Shown here: piece after piece, positions 17,501 through 26,612 of the stretch
Layout: the number at the start of each line of letters is the position of its first letter
Numbering within the stretch: the first letter of the stretch is position 1
Origin: Chthoniobacteraceae bacterium
Lineage (GTDB): Bacteria > Verrucomicrobiota > Verrucomicrobiia > Chthoniobacterales > Chthoniobacteraceae
Direction of reading: 5' to 3'
Assembly (NCBI GenBank): GCA_031409335.1
Contig: JANNWY010000114.1
Span: forward strand, 1 to 32,666
DNA length: 32,666 bases
Notes under the pieces: generated by a model
Seen by the model: only the letters and a program-made list of their open reading frames with translations
Told to the model about the DNA's origin: nothing
Database searches by the model: none
Translations under genes and position numbers: made by a program

Positions 17501-19692
17501 TTTCCTCCACGGCCAGCGCGAGCAGCGCGACGATTTCGGGGAATGTGACGCTCGGCGGCGTGGCGCGCATTTTCACCGTGGCGGAGGGCGCGGCTGTCTT
17601 CGACCTCGACATTTCCGCGACGATCGACAACGGCGGACTCGCGACCGGCTTCACCAAAGACGGCGCGGGACTGCTGCGACTCAGCGGCACGAATACTTTC
17701 ACCGGCGGGCTCACGCTCAATGCCGGAACGCTCTCGATCGGCAGCGCGGGGGCGCTCAATACCTCCACTCTCTTCATCAACTCCGGTACCGTCGCCGCGG
17801 ACGGCGCGGCGCGGACCATCGGCACGTTGGAAGTGCTCGGCAGCGGCTTCGTCGATGGCACGCAAAACCTGACGGTCGGCGGACTCTTCCTCCTCGATCC
17901 CGGCACCGCGCTCGCAAAAAACGGGACCGGTACCTTCACGCTACCAGGCTCCGCGCTGCTCGCCGGCTCGCTCACGCTGAATGCGGGCACGCTCGCCGCG
18001 GGTGCGCAGACTTTGTCGGCAGGCGGACTGTTCACGCAAAACGGCGGCACCTTCAACGGCACGCTCACGAACCAGGGCACGTTCACTTTTAACGGCGGCA
18101 CTTTCACCGGACTGCTCGTGAATCAAGGCAGCGTGAATTTCAACGCGAACTTCACCGCCGCAAACGGCATCAACAACACCGCGACGATCACCGTCAGCAG
18201 CGGAATCACCGTCGCAGCAAATGGCCCCGGCCTGAACAACGACGGCACGCTCTCGCTCAGCGGCGGCGCGCTCGCTGGAAACGGCTCGCTCGTGAATGCA
18301 AATTTTCTAAGCGGATTCGGCACGATCGGCGGAACGGGCGGTTTCACGAACAACGGACTCATTTCCGTGAGTGGTGGAAACCTCGTGCTCGCCAACTCCG
18401 GCGCGAACTTGAACGCGGGCAACATCGACCTGCCCATCATCCGCCAGCTCCGACTCGACGCACCGCTGACGAATACCGGCACGATCACGCTCGCCTCCAC
18501 GACGATCAATGGCGCGGCCTTTCTCACGAATAGCGCGGGCGGCATCGTCGCCGGACGCGGCACGATCAGCGCGCCGCTCGCGAATTCCGGCGGCACGCTG
18601 CGCGCGGAAGGCGGCACGCTCACGGTGACTGGAAACATCAATAACTCCGGCATCCTCCGCGCGGAAGACGGCGCCACGCTGATCATCCCGACGATTACGA
18701 ATCAGGCAGGCGGACTCATCACGCTCATCGGGTCGCTTTCGACCAGCGGCGCGCTGACGAATTCCGCAGGCGGGCGCATTGACTTCCGCAATGGCACAGG
18801 CCAGCTCACCGGCGGCGGCGCGCTGACGAACGCGGGCCTGATCACCGGCGACGGCACGATCACGAAACTGCTGACGAACGGCGGCGAAGTGCGCGGCGAA
18901 TCCGGCCGGACGCTGCGCTTCAGCGGAGGCGCGGCGGCCAACGCGGGGACGCTCGCGCTGCAAGGCGGCACGATCGAATTCACCAGCGCACTCACGAACG
19001 CGGCGGCGGGATTCGTGTCGGGCCGCGGTTCGCTGAATGCCACCGCGATCACAAACAACGGCGTGATGGCTTTCAGCGGCGGCAATGCGGACGTCCACGG
19101 CGACGTGACCAACGCGGCGGGCGCGCGGATCGTCACGAGCGGTGCGGGCGCGACGACGACGTTCTTCGACGACGTGATTCACAATGGTTTGGAGATTTTC
19201 ACCGGGGCGAATGCGAGCACGGTGTTCTTCGGATCGCAGAGCGGCGCGGGGAGTTTTACGGGAACGGGCACGGTGTATTTCATCGGCGATCTGCGTCCGG
19301 GAAATTCGCCCGCGTCCGTGCTCTACGAAGGCGATCTCGTGTTCGGCGGCGCATCCTCGCTCACGCTCGAAATCGGTGGGCTGCTCGGTGGTTCGCAATA
19401 CGATCACCTGCAAATCGGCGGCGCGTTTTCCGCCGACGGCGATCTCGTGCTCGCGCTGCTCGATGGCTTCACGCCGAGTTTCGGCGACACGTTCGATCTG
19501 CTGGATGTCGGCACGTTCGCGGGCGACTTCGACACGATCAACGCGCCCGCGCTCGCGGACGGAAACGCGTGGGATTTCTCCGCGCTGAAAACCACCGGCA
19601 GCGTCACGGTCGTGCCCGAGCCGGGCATCGGCGTGCTGCTGGCGAGCGCGATCGGTTTGCTTGGACTGCGGCGCAGCCGCCCATCGAAATGA
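14536..19692 (+). CDS. PEP-CTERM surface protein g3 (1718 aa) with PATR-type repeats
   Basis: Signal MNLPRILATTIASLLTAATLHA, many K-x-GAGTLRLSG-x-NT repeats, and the end VPEPGIGVLLASAIGLLGLRRSRPSK. Confidence 0.93.
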   Translation: MNLPRILATTIASLLTAATLHAQTWDGAGAAGGNLDWITATNWVGDVAPANNATANIIFAGLIDNNPGPNLDQNWNVNSVTFNNTAGAFTLGSTGGFTLTIGVGGVTNNDTQTQTISHSVTLGSAQTWNAASGGLSMISGTLNNAGNLLTVTGANDVLLSSAMTGAGGLTKSGAGVLTLSGAAGNTFSGPTLVNGGVLILQKSAGVNALTGSVTVGDGVGTDELRLGANNQIPSASLVTVANGGLFNLNGFSEGFLQLAVSGGSTTIGAGTLTLSTNLTMTGGSVSSTAGSLVLQGLLNTNAAATSATISGNLDLAAISRTFTIADGAAAIDLDVSAIISNGSIAKAGAGALRLSGANIFAGNFDLNAGTVLVGNNAAFGTSLVRLNGGSIEADGGIRTLANAITLGGNVSHTGATDIHTTGAVQITGTRTFTVADAAATFFVDGSLTESAGGFTFTKDGAGTLTLSTTGANTFAGTTVVNGGMLRLAGSTNTVRGNAIVGNDIGGPSSDVLRLDASNQVADSAIVEVRSSGNFFIGAFSDTIGGLTMKGGTVGGASGTLTIAGNVTGLADAASAQITPNVNLGGAVRTFTIADGAAASDLDVTSLVSNGGVIKDGAGTLRLGGNNTYATGTTLSAGTLAVGSDTALGTGTVTLSGGTLSTDGASRTLTNAISLNGTTTLIGAGGFLFNGPVTLAGASTLVVTNFTNSISGVLGGGAGLNKQGTGTLFLTGSSANTFTGALIVEEGLLALNKSSGNAVTGFLSLVQNFAGTPEVRLFANNQIADSVGVSVGSGALLNLSGFSDTIGALNVNGGSVATGAGTLTMGGNFSTGVTSVTGTVSGNLSLGGATRTFTVGDNAPAIDVDISAAISNGGIIKDGAGTLRLSGTVTNSFSGATTVNAGTLVLAKPAGLNAIVGDLIVGDGSGGANADVVSLAVNNQIYTLSAVTINSSGLLNFAGFNGTIGSLTMNGGSVTTGAGVLGFEAVPAVLSSTASASSATISGNVTLGGVARIFTVAEGAAVFDLDISATIDNGGLATGFTKDGAGLLRLSGTNTFTGGLTLNAGTLSIGSAGALNTSTLFINSGTVAADGAARTIGTLEVLGSGFVDGTQNLTVGGLFLLDPGTALAKNGTGTFTLPGSALLAGSLTLNAGTLAAGAQTLSAGGLFTQNGGTFNGTLTNQGTFTFNGGTFTGLLVNQGSVNFNANFTAANGINNTATITVSSGITVAANGPGLNNDGTLSLSGGALAGNGSLVNANFLSGFGTIGGTGGFTNNGLISVSGGNLVLANSGANLNAGNIDLPIIRQLRLDAPLTNTGTITLASTTINGAAFLTNSAGGIVAGRGTISAPLANSGGTLRAEGGTLTVTGNINNSGILRAEDGATLIIPTITNQAGGLITLIGSLSTSGALTNSAGGRIDFRNGTGQLTGGGALTNAGLITGDGTITKLLTNGGEVRGESGRTLRFSGGAAANAGTLALQGGTIEFTSALTNAAAGFVSGRGSLNATAITNNGVMAFSGGNADVHGDVTNAAGARIVTSGAGATTTFFDDVIHNGLEIFTGANASTVFFGSQSGAGSFTGTGTVYFIGDLRPGNSPASVLYEGDLVFGGASSLTLEIGGLLGGSQYDHLQIGGAFSADGDLVLALLDGFTPSFGDTFDLLDVGTFAGDFDTINAPALADGNAWDFSALKTTGSVTVVPEPGIGVLLASAIGLLGLRRSRPSK

Positions 19693-19773
19693 CCGCTTTT
19701 TGAAAACGCTCCGCGCGAAATGAACGCCACACTTTTATGACCACACCACGCATCCTCGCCACCACCATCGCCC
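19669..19773 (+). repeat. Gene-junction direct repeat, copy 1 (stop, spacer, start)
   Basis: CGGCGCAGCCGCCCATCGAAATGACCGCTTTTTGAAAACGCTCCGCGCGAAATGAACGCCACACTTTTATG is nearly identical to the sequence at 26512-26581 and continues into the similar signal-peptide sequence. Confidence 0.9.
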
Positions 19774-22700
19774 TACTCCTCGCACCCAGCGCCTTCGCCG
19801 TCACCGAGACTTGGGACGGCGGCGGGGGGAATAACAACTTCTCCACGGCCAACAACTGGGTGAGCAACACCGCGCCGGTCAGCGATCTGGTGAACACAGA
19901 CCTGATCTTCGCCGGGACCGTACGGCTCACGCCGAATGTGCTCCCCGTATTCAGCGTGAACAGCATCACCTTCGACAACACGGCGGGCGCGTTCACGATC
20001 GGCGGATCGCCGCTGGCGGTGGGCGCGGGCGGGATCGTGAACAATGACACGCAGACGATGGCGTTCTCGACCGCGGTGAGTTTTTCCGGCGTGGCGAATT
20101 CCACGATCAACGCGGCGAGCGGTGGGCTGACTTTCGGGACTGTGACGCTGCCCTCGACGGCGCTGACCGTCAGCGGGGCGGGGGCGACGAGTTTCGCGAG
20201 CTTCCTCGGCGCGACGGCGCTGACGAAACAGGGCGCGGGCACGATGTCGTGGTCGCCGTCGGCGGCGGCAAATGCGTTCGATCTCACGGTGACCGCGGGG
20301 ATTTTGAACACGGTGGCGGATGGGACGACGGACCTTTTTAACACGACGGGAAGCATCGCGGTGAATGGGACGGCGGCGCTGAATCTCAACGAAAGCCTGA
20401 CGCTGGATAACGCGCAGTTCACGCGCGCGGCGACGGCTGCCGTGACGCTGGGCGCGGGGAAAACGCTGACGATTCAAAACGGCGCGGATGCGATTTTCAC
20501 GGGCGGGGTGAACTTCGCGACGGCATCGACGACGACGGTGACGGGCGCGGGCTCGACGCTTTCCTCGGCGACCTCGGAATACGTGCGCTTTCAGGGCGGG
20601 AGTACGCTGAATGTGCTCGCGGGTGCAGATGTGTCCGCGCCGTTTGGTTTTGAAGCGGGCACGGCGGGCGGGGCCACGATCCTCGTGGATGGCGCGGGCT
20701 CGACGCTGGATGCGACGGGCTTCGGTACCACGCATCGTTTTGGCGTCGGGGCGACGGCCAATTTGACGATCTCCAACTCCGGGCGCGGGGATTTCGATTT
20801 CTCGATCGACGTGGCGAATTCGGCGACTCCCGGCAGCGTGGCCAACATCGTGGTCAATTCCGGCGCGACGATGCAGACCGGCGGCGTCTTCATCGCGACG
20901 CTCGGCGGGGTGGGAAACAGCGGGTCGATCACGGTGGACGGGGCGGGTTCGTCGTGGCTGGTCGCGCCGGGTTCCTTCCAGATTGGCGCGGCGAGCGGGT
21001 CCACGGGCAGCGCGACGATTTCCAACGGCGGCACGTTCACCTCGAGCACGAACGGGGCGACGGTCAACGCGACAGGGACGCTGACCGTGACCAGCGGCGG
21101 CACTTTGAACGTGAACGGAAACATGGTCGTCACCGGCGGACAATTCATCCAGGGCGTCGGCGGGAATTTCGAGCTCGAAGGAGGCGTCCCTGGCTTCCCG
21201 GGGAAAGCGCTCACGGTGCAGGCGGGCGGGACGGCCACCTTCAATAGCCACGCGAGGTTCGCCGATGACGATAATCCTGTGACCGTGACCGGTGCGGGCT
21301 CGCTGCTGTCGGCGCCGGGCTCTTCCGATATTTTGATCACTGGCGGAAGCAGCTATTCCGTACTGCTGGGCGGAGCGGTGAGCACGGGGCGGTGGATCGA
21401 AATCGGGACGAGCGGCACGAGCACGACCAGTTCGCTGCTGGTCGATGGCGCGGGATCGAGCGTGACGACGAGCACCGCGCTCAGTCATTGGGGCGGCAAT
21501 AATCTCTCGTCCGGGATTGCCGTGGTCACTTTTCAAAATAACGCTGCCGGCACGATCGGCGTGGTGAACCTCGGCACGTCCGTCGGCTCCGGCAGCGCGG
21601 GCACGCTGCTCATCGCGAGCGGCGCGGATGTGACGATGGGCGCGCTCACCATTGCCACCACCGCAGTCGCGACCACCGGGACGGCGACGATCACCGGCGC
21701 GGGCTCGACGCTCACGCTGACCAGCGGCGCGGCGCTGACGCTCGGCGCGGCGAGCGCGAGCACGGCGACGCTGAATGTGAACGAGGGCGCAGTCTTCACG
21801 GGCGCGGACGTGGTGACGCTGAATGCGACGGGCACGCTGAACATCGGCGGCGGCACGGTGACGCTGCCCAGCCCGCTCAATCGTGCGGGCGGCACGTTGA
21901 ATTTCACCAGTGGCACGCTCAACATCGTGGATAGCTGGAACGTCGGCCCGGGCGGATTGCTCGGCTCGAATGTGACCTTTGATCCGACGCGCCGCTTCAC
22001 CACGACGGGCACGACGACCGTGGATGTGCTGAATACGCTCACGCTGAACGGCGGAATTTTCAGCACCGGCTCACTCGTGCTCAATGGCAACCTCGCCTTC
22101 AACACCGGCACGCTGGCGATCACGGGTGCGGGTGGATTTAACATCGGCACGGGCGGACTCGGCTCGCTCGTGACGCTGCAAACGGACCGGACTTTGCAGG
22201 TGACGAATACGACGACGATCAACAGCGGCGCGCTGCTGCGCCTGGATGGCGGGAGTTTTTCCGGCGCGGGGATCAATAACAACGGCACGATCGACCACGC
22301 GGATGGCGTGCTGAATTTCACGGGCACGCTGAACAACAACGGGCTCGGGCGGATGTTCGTCGGCGGCCTCGCGTCGCCCGCGGGCGCGATCGCGAATGGC
22401 GGTCGCATCACGCTGCAAAACGGGATCGGCTTCCTCGGCGGCACGGGCGCGATCACGAACACGGGCCTCATCACCGGCGAGGGCACCGTCGCGAAACCGG
22501 TGACGAACAGCGCCGCCGGACAGCTCCGGGCGGAGCTTGGAAAAACGCTGACTTTCACCGGCGCGATCGCGGCGAATGCGGGCACGTTTTCGCTGCAAGG
22601 CGGGACGCTGGAATTCACCACGGCGATCACGAATTCGGCGACTGGATTCATTTCGGGACGCGGCGCGCTCATCGCGACGGGCCTCACGAATCAAGGCGTG

Positions 22701-23507
22701 ATGGCCTTCTCCGGCGGGACCGCCGACGTGTACGGCGATGTGACGAACAGCGCCGGAGCGCGGATCGTGACCAGCGGCGCGGGCAGCGTGACGACTTTCT
22801 ACGACGACGTGACGCATAACGGGCTGGAGATTTTCACCGGGGCGAGCGCGAGCACGGTCTTCTTCGGATCGCAGTCCGGGGCGGGTTCGTTCACGGGGAC
22901 GGGGACGGTGTATTTCATCGGCGATCTGCGTCCGGGAAATTCGCCCGCCGCCGTGAGCTACGGCGGCGATGTCGCGTTCGGCGGCGCATCCTCGCTGCTG
23001 CTGGAAATCGGCGGGCTGGTGAGCGGTGCGCAATACGATCATCTCGACATCGGCGGCGCGCTCCATGCCAACGGCGATCTCGTGCTGGCCTTGCTCGATG
23101 GCTTCACGCCGCAATTCGGCGACACCTTCGACCTGTTCGATGTGGGCGCGTTCGCGGGCGATTTCGACACGATCTCCGCGCCCGCGCTCAGCGACGGAAA
23201 TGCGTGGGATTTCTCCGCACTGAAAACCACCGGCAGCGTGACGGTCGTCCCCGAGCCCGGTGTCGGCGCGCTACTACTTAGCGCGCTCGGATTTTTAGGA
23301 ATGCGGCGTCGCGGAATCCGGGGAGCGCGCGCGTCCCGCGTGCTGGTTTCGGCGTCCCGCCGGAACGAACTTCCCGAACCACCCGACACGGAAAACGTCC
23401 TCGCATTTCCGCACGTCAGGAAAGTCCGCGAAGGCGGGACGCCTTCGCCAGCACTCGGGACGAGTGCGCTCCCCGGAGTTTGCTGCCGCGCGCTTTCAGA
23501 AAACTGA
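19737..23507 (+). CDS. PEP-CTERM surface protein g4 (1256 aa), C-terminal tail extended through a REP-like element
   Basis: Signal MTTPRILATTIALLLAPSAFA and VPEPGVGALLLSALGFLGMRRR, followed by about 65 extra residues. Confidence 0.92.
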   Translation: MTTPRILATTIALLLAPSAFAVTETWDGGGGNNNFSTANNWVSNTAPVSDLVNTDLIFAGTVRLTPNVLPVFSVNSITFDNTAGAFTIGGSPLAVGAGGIVNNDTQTMAFSTAVSFSGVANSTINAASGGLTFGTVTLPSTALTVSGAGATSFASFLGATALTKQGAGTMSWSPSAAANAFDLTVTAGILNTVADGTTDLFNTTGSIAVNGTAALNLNESLTLDNAQFTRAATAAVTLGAGKTLTIQNGADAIFTGGVNFATASTTTVTGAGSTLSSATSEYVRFQGGSTLNVLAGADVSAPFGFEAGTAGGATILVDGAGSTLDATGFGTTHRFGVGATANLTISNSGRGDFDFSIDVANSATPGSVANIVVNSGATMQTGGVFIATLGGVGNSGSITVDGAGSSWLVAPGSFQIGAASGSTGSATISNGGTFTSSTNGATVNATGTLTVTSGGTLNVNGNMVVTGGQFIQGVGGNFELEGGVPGFPGKALTVQAGGTATFNSHARFADDDNPVTVTGAGSLLSAPGSSDILITGGSSYSVLLGGAVSTGRWIEIGTSGTSTTSSLLVDGAGSSVTTSTALSHWGGNNLSSGIAVVTFQNNAAGTIGVVNLGTSVGSGSAGTLLIASGADVTMGALTIATTAVATTGTATITGAGSTLTLTSGAALTLGAASASTATLNVNEGAVFTGADVVTLNATGTLNIGGGTVTLPSPLNRAGGTLNFTSGTLNIVDSWNVGPGGLLGSNVTFDPTRRFTTTGTTTVDVLNTLTLNGGIFSTGSLVLNGNLAFNTGTLAITGAGGFNIGTGGLGSLVTLQTDRTLQVTNTTTINSGALLRLDGGSFSGAGINNNGTIDHADGVLNFTGTLNNNGLGRMFVGGLASPAGAIANGGRITLQNGIGFLGGTGAITNTGLITGEGTVAKPVTNSAAGQLRAELGKTLTFTGAIAANAGTFSLQGGTLEFTTAITNSATGFISGRGALIATGLTNQGVMAFSGGTADVYGDVTNSAGARIVTSGAGSVTTFYDDVTHNGLEIFTGASASTVFFGSQSGAGSFTGTGTVYFIGDLRPGNSPAAVSYGGDVAFGGASSLLLEIGGLVSGAQYDHLDIGGALHANGDLVLALLDGFTPQFGDTFDLFDVGAFAGDFDTISAPALSDGNAWDFSALKTTGSVTVVPEPGVGALLLSALGFLGMRRRGIRGARASRVLVSASRRNELPEPPDTENVLAFPHVRKVREGGTPSPALGTSALPGVCCRALSEN
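23317..23477. repeat. Long palindromic REP/REPIN-like element
   Basis: Left arm TCCGGGGAGCGCGCGCGTCCCGCGTGCTGGTTTCGGCGTCCCGCC pairs with right arm GGCGGGACGCCTTCGCCAGCACTCGGGACGAGTGCGCTCCCCGGA. Confidence 0.88.
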
Positions 23508-23520
23508 CCTCTCCACCACC

Positions 23521-26500
23521 ATGAAAACCCCACGCATCCTCGCCACCACCATCGCCCTGCTCCTCACCACGCCCTCGCTCTTAGCCGTCACCGACACTTG
23601 GGACGGTGGGGGCGCGGACAATCTCATCTCCACGAACGCCAACTGGGCGGACAACACCGCGCCGGTCAGCGACCTCGTGAATACCGATCTCGTCTTCGCC
23701 GGCACCACGCGGCTGACGCCGGATTTTTCCGGCGGCTTCAGCCTGGACAGCCTCACTTTCAGCGCCACTGCGGGCGCGTTCAATCTCACGGGGCTGCCGC
23801 TCCAGCTCGGCACCACCGGTATCATCGACAGCGACGCGGACACGCAGACCATCTCGGCGATTGTCATCGTCAACACGCCGACGACGACGATCAATGCCGC
23901 GAGCGGCGGGCTGAATTTTGCGGGCGGGCTTTTTCCGAATGGCAAGACGATCTCCTTCACCGGCGCGGGCAGCATGAGCCTCGCGAATCTAAACGGTCCC
24001 GGCACCATCACTAAGTCGGGCTCAGGCACCGTCACCATCACGGCCAGCGCCACACCCATTTCGGCGAATCTCAACCTCAACGCCGGTAGCACGCAGATCG
24101 GCGTGACCGCGGCCACGCAAAACTTTTCCGGCATCGTCACCGTGGGCGCCGGTTCGCTGGTTTTCAATGCCGACGCCATCTTCGCTGGCGCGGCGCAGCT
24201 CAATCGCACCGCGAGCGGCTCTGGGACCAGCGTGAGCGTTGGCGTCAACAGAACGCTGACGTTTCAAAACGGAAGCGATTTCAACGTCGCGGGCAATTAC
24301 ACCTTGAGCGGCGGAGGCGTCGTGAACATTTCCGGGGCGGGTTCGGAAATGAAGGCGACGGGCGGTGGCTCGATTTTGATCGCGGGCAATACGAAGCTCC
24401 AGGTGAGTGCGGGCGGGGCAGCGTCCTTCACGGGCGCGAGTGTTTTCAACGTCGGTGCCGGCAGCATCGGGACGCTGCAGGTCTCAGGCGCGGGATCCTC
24501 GCTGGCGTGTGGCAACACCGTCTGGGGCAACACCGTCGGGGGCGGATCTTCCGGCTTTGCGGACGTTCTATTCGTCGGCACCGGCGCAGTCGTGAATCTG
24601 CAGGCCGTGACGATAGCGGAAGTGGGTTCGGGTTCCAACGCGCAGGTGGATTCCGGTGCCATCGTGCACCAGACCTTGGGCAGCCTCGTGCTCGGTCCGG
24701 GCGATGGGGACCTTACCGTTCAAGGGGGCGCGGCTTGGACGCAGACGGGAAACATCGGCGTGACCATCGGCGGGAACGATTCGGAACTTTCCGTTTCGGG
24801 CAGCGGCGTCTTCACGACGGGCACGGCAGGGGCCACGGTCAACAGCGGCGGGCGGCTGCGGATCAAAAACGGCGGGACGTTTTCCACGCCGGTCAATCTG
24901 CGCGTCACGGGCGCGACGGCGGAGTTGATCCGCCAAAGCACAGGCGTGCTCGACCTTCCCGCGGGCCAGACGCTCCAGCTCGAAGCGGGAGCACTCGCCA
25001 GTTTCACCGGCGATTTCGCGATGAACGGCAGCCACCTCAGCGCCACCGGCACGAACTCGCGGCTGCTGGCCACGGGCAGCGTGATCGTCGCCAATGGCTC
25101 GAACGCCACCTTCGACGCCGGCTCCCGGCTCGACGCGACCGTGAACGTCACCGCCGGCACCAGCACGACGACGGGCAACGTGACGGTGAACGGCACCGGC
25201 GCGCAGTTGCTCTCGGGCAGCACGACTTGGGGCTCTGGCGGCACGGGGAATCTCACGCTTTCCAACAGCGCCGCGGGCACGCTCGGCACCACGCTCATCG
25301 GCTCCGCCGCAGTCGCGGGCAGCACCGGCGTGGTGCAGGTGCTCACCGGCGCGACGGCCTCGAGCACGAATCTCTCGATCGGGACGACGACGTTCGCCGG
25401 AAATTCCGGCACACTCACGCTCGACGGCCCGGGCTCTGCGTGGACGCTAAACGCCGCGAGCACCCTGACGATCGGTGCGGCCGTCACCAGCACCGGCGCG
25501 CTCAATGTGCGCAACGGCGGCGTCTTCAATACCGGCAGTGGTCTGACGAACTTGCGCAAGACCGGCACCGTCTCGATCCAGGGCGGCACCTTCAATGCGA
25601 ACGGCGATTTGTTCATCGACGGGGGCCTGCTCACACGCGACGGCGCGGGCACGCTCACTTTCGAGCCGGGGAAAAATGTGACCGTGCAAAACGGCGGCGA
25701 CATCACCATCACCGGCGCTTTCACAAATGCGGCGGCGGGCGGCGCGGCGACGATCACCCTGACCGGCGCGGGCACGACGTTCACCACGACCGGCGCGCTC
25801 GTGCTGCGCGACAACGGCGACGTGCTCGTGGACGGCGGCGCATCGCTCGCGACGGGTGCGGCATCGCTGACCGTCGCGAGCGGCACCGATCTCGTCGTCG
25901 ATGGCAGCGGCGCATCGCTCGGCGCAGGCCTTGCCACCGTGGGCGCCGTGAGCGGCGTCTCCAGCCTGACGGTGCGCAACGGCGGCACCGGCGTTCTCGG
26001 CGGGCTGCAACTGGCGGATCCCAGCGTCGCGGGGACGACCGGAAATTTGTCCCTGGAAAGCGGGGCGACGCTCACGACCGGTTCGCTCAATGTCGGCAGT
26101 TCCGGGCTGGTGAACACGGGCGCGGTCACTGTCACCGGCGCAGGCTCGAAGCTCACCGTCACCGGCAGCGGCACCACGACCATCGGCGCCGCGAGCGCCA
26201 GTGTTGGAACGCTCACCGTCGAAAACGGCGGCACCTTCACCACCGGCACCGGCCTGACCGAAGTGCGCGCGACCGGCGACCTGAACGTGAACGCCGGCGG
26301 CACGATGATCGTGCGTGGAGATATGACGATCGCGAACGGCCTCGACATCGCGAACGGCGGGACGGTGATCCTCGGCGGGAACACACCGCCGCCCGCGCCG
26401 GAGTTTGGCGATCTTGATTTTGTCGGATGGGAAAGCGGTGTCGAAACCGCCGCCGTGCCCGAGCCGGGAGTCGGTGCGCTGCTGCTGAGCGTGCTCGGAT

Positions 26501-26535
26501 TGCTCGGCCTTCGGCGCAGCCGCTCATCGAAATGA
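23521..26535 (+). CDS. PEP-CTERM surface protein g5 (1004 aa)
   Basis: Signal MKTPRILATTIALLLTTPSLLA and the end VPEPGVGALLLSVLGLLGLRRSRSSK. Confidence 0.93.
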   Translation: MKTPRILATTIALLLTTPSLLAVTDTWDGGGADNLISTNANWADNTAPVSDLVNTDLVFAGTTRLTPDFSGGFSLDSLTFSATAGAFNLTGLPLQLGTTGIIDSDADTQTISAIVIVNTPTTTINAASGGLNFAGGLFPNGKTISFTGAGSMSLANLNGPGTITKSGSGTVTITASATPISANLNLNAGSTQIGVTAATQNFSGIVTVGAGSLVFNADAIFAGAAQLNRTASGSGTSVSVGVNRTLTFQNGSDFNVAGNYTLSGGGVVNISGAGSEMKATGGGSILIAGNTKLQVSAGGAASFTGASVFNVGAGSIGTLQVSGAGSSLACGNTVWGNTVGGGSSGFADVLFVGTGAVVNLQAVTIAEVGSGSNAQVDSGAIVHQTLGSLVLGPGDGDLTVQGGAAWTQTGNIGVTIGGNDSELSVSGSGVFTTGTAGATVNSGGRLRIKNGGTFSTPVNLRVTGATAELIRQSTGVLDLPAGQTLQLEAGALASFTGDFAMNGSHLSATGTNSRLLATGSVIVANGSNATFDAGSRLDATVNVTAGTSTTTGNVTVNGTGAQLLSGSTTWGSGGTGNLTLSNSAAGTLGTTLIGSAAVAGSTGVVQVLTGATASSTNLSIGTTTFAGNSGTLTLDGPGSAWTLNAASTLTIGAAVTSTGALNVRNGGVFNTGSGLTNLRKTGTVSIQGGTFNANGDLFIDGGLLTRDGAGTLTFEPGKNVTVQNGGDITITGAFTNAAAGGAATITLTGAGTTFTTTGALVLRDNGDVLVDGGASLATGAASLTVASGTDLVVDGSGASLGAGLATVGAVSGVSSLTVRNGGTGVLGGLQLADPSVAGTTGNLSLESGATLTTGSLNVGSSGLVNTGAVTVTGAGSKLTVTGSGTTTIGAASASVGTLTVENGGTFTTGTGLTEVRATGDLNVNAGGTMIVRGDMTIANGLDIANGGTVILGGNTPPPAPEFGDLDFVGWESGVETAAVPEPGVGALLLSVLGLLGLRRSRSSK

Positions 26536-26612
26536 CAGCTTTTGAAAACGCTTCGCGCGCAATGAACGCCACACTTTTATGAAACCACACATCCTCACCA
26601 CCACCATCGCCC
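26512..26612 (+). repeat. Gene-junction direct repeat, copy 2
   Basis: CGGCGCAGCCGCTCATCGAAATGACAGCTTTTGAAAACGCTTCGCGCGCAATGAACGCCACACTTTTATG, nearly identical to 19669-19739. Confidence 0.9.

Noticed and set aside
18940..23275. Diversity-generating retroelement TR/VR pair
   Set aside because: No reverse transcriptase is in the window, both copies are coding, and the differences do not appear adenine-specific.
26314..26322. RGD integrin-binding motif in g5
   Set aside because: The paralogous position in g6 is RGN and lies in a predicted beta strand; likely chance.
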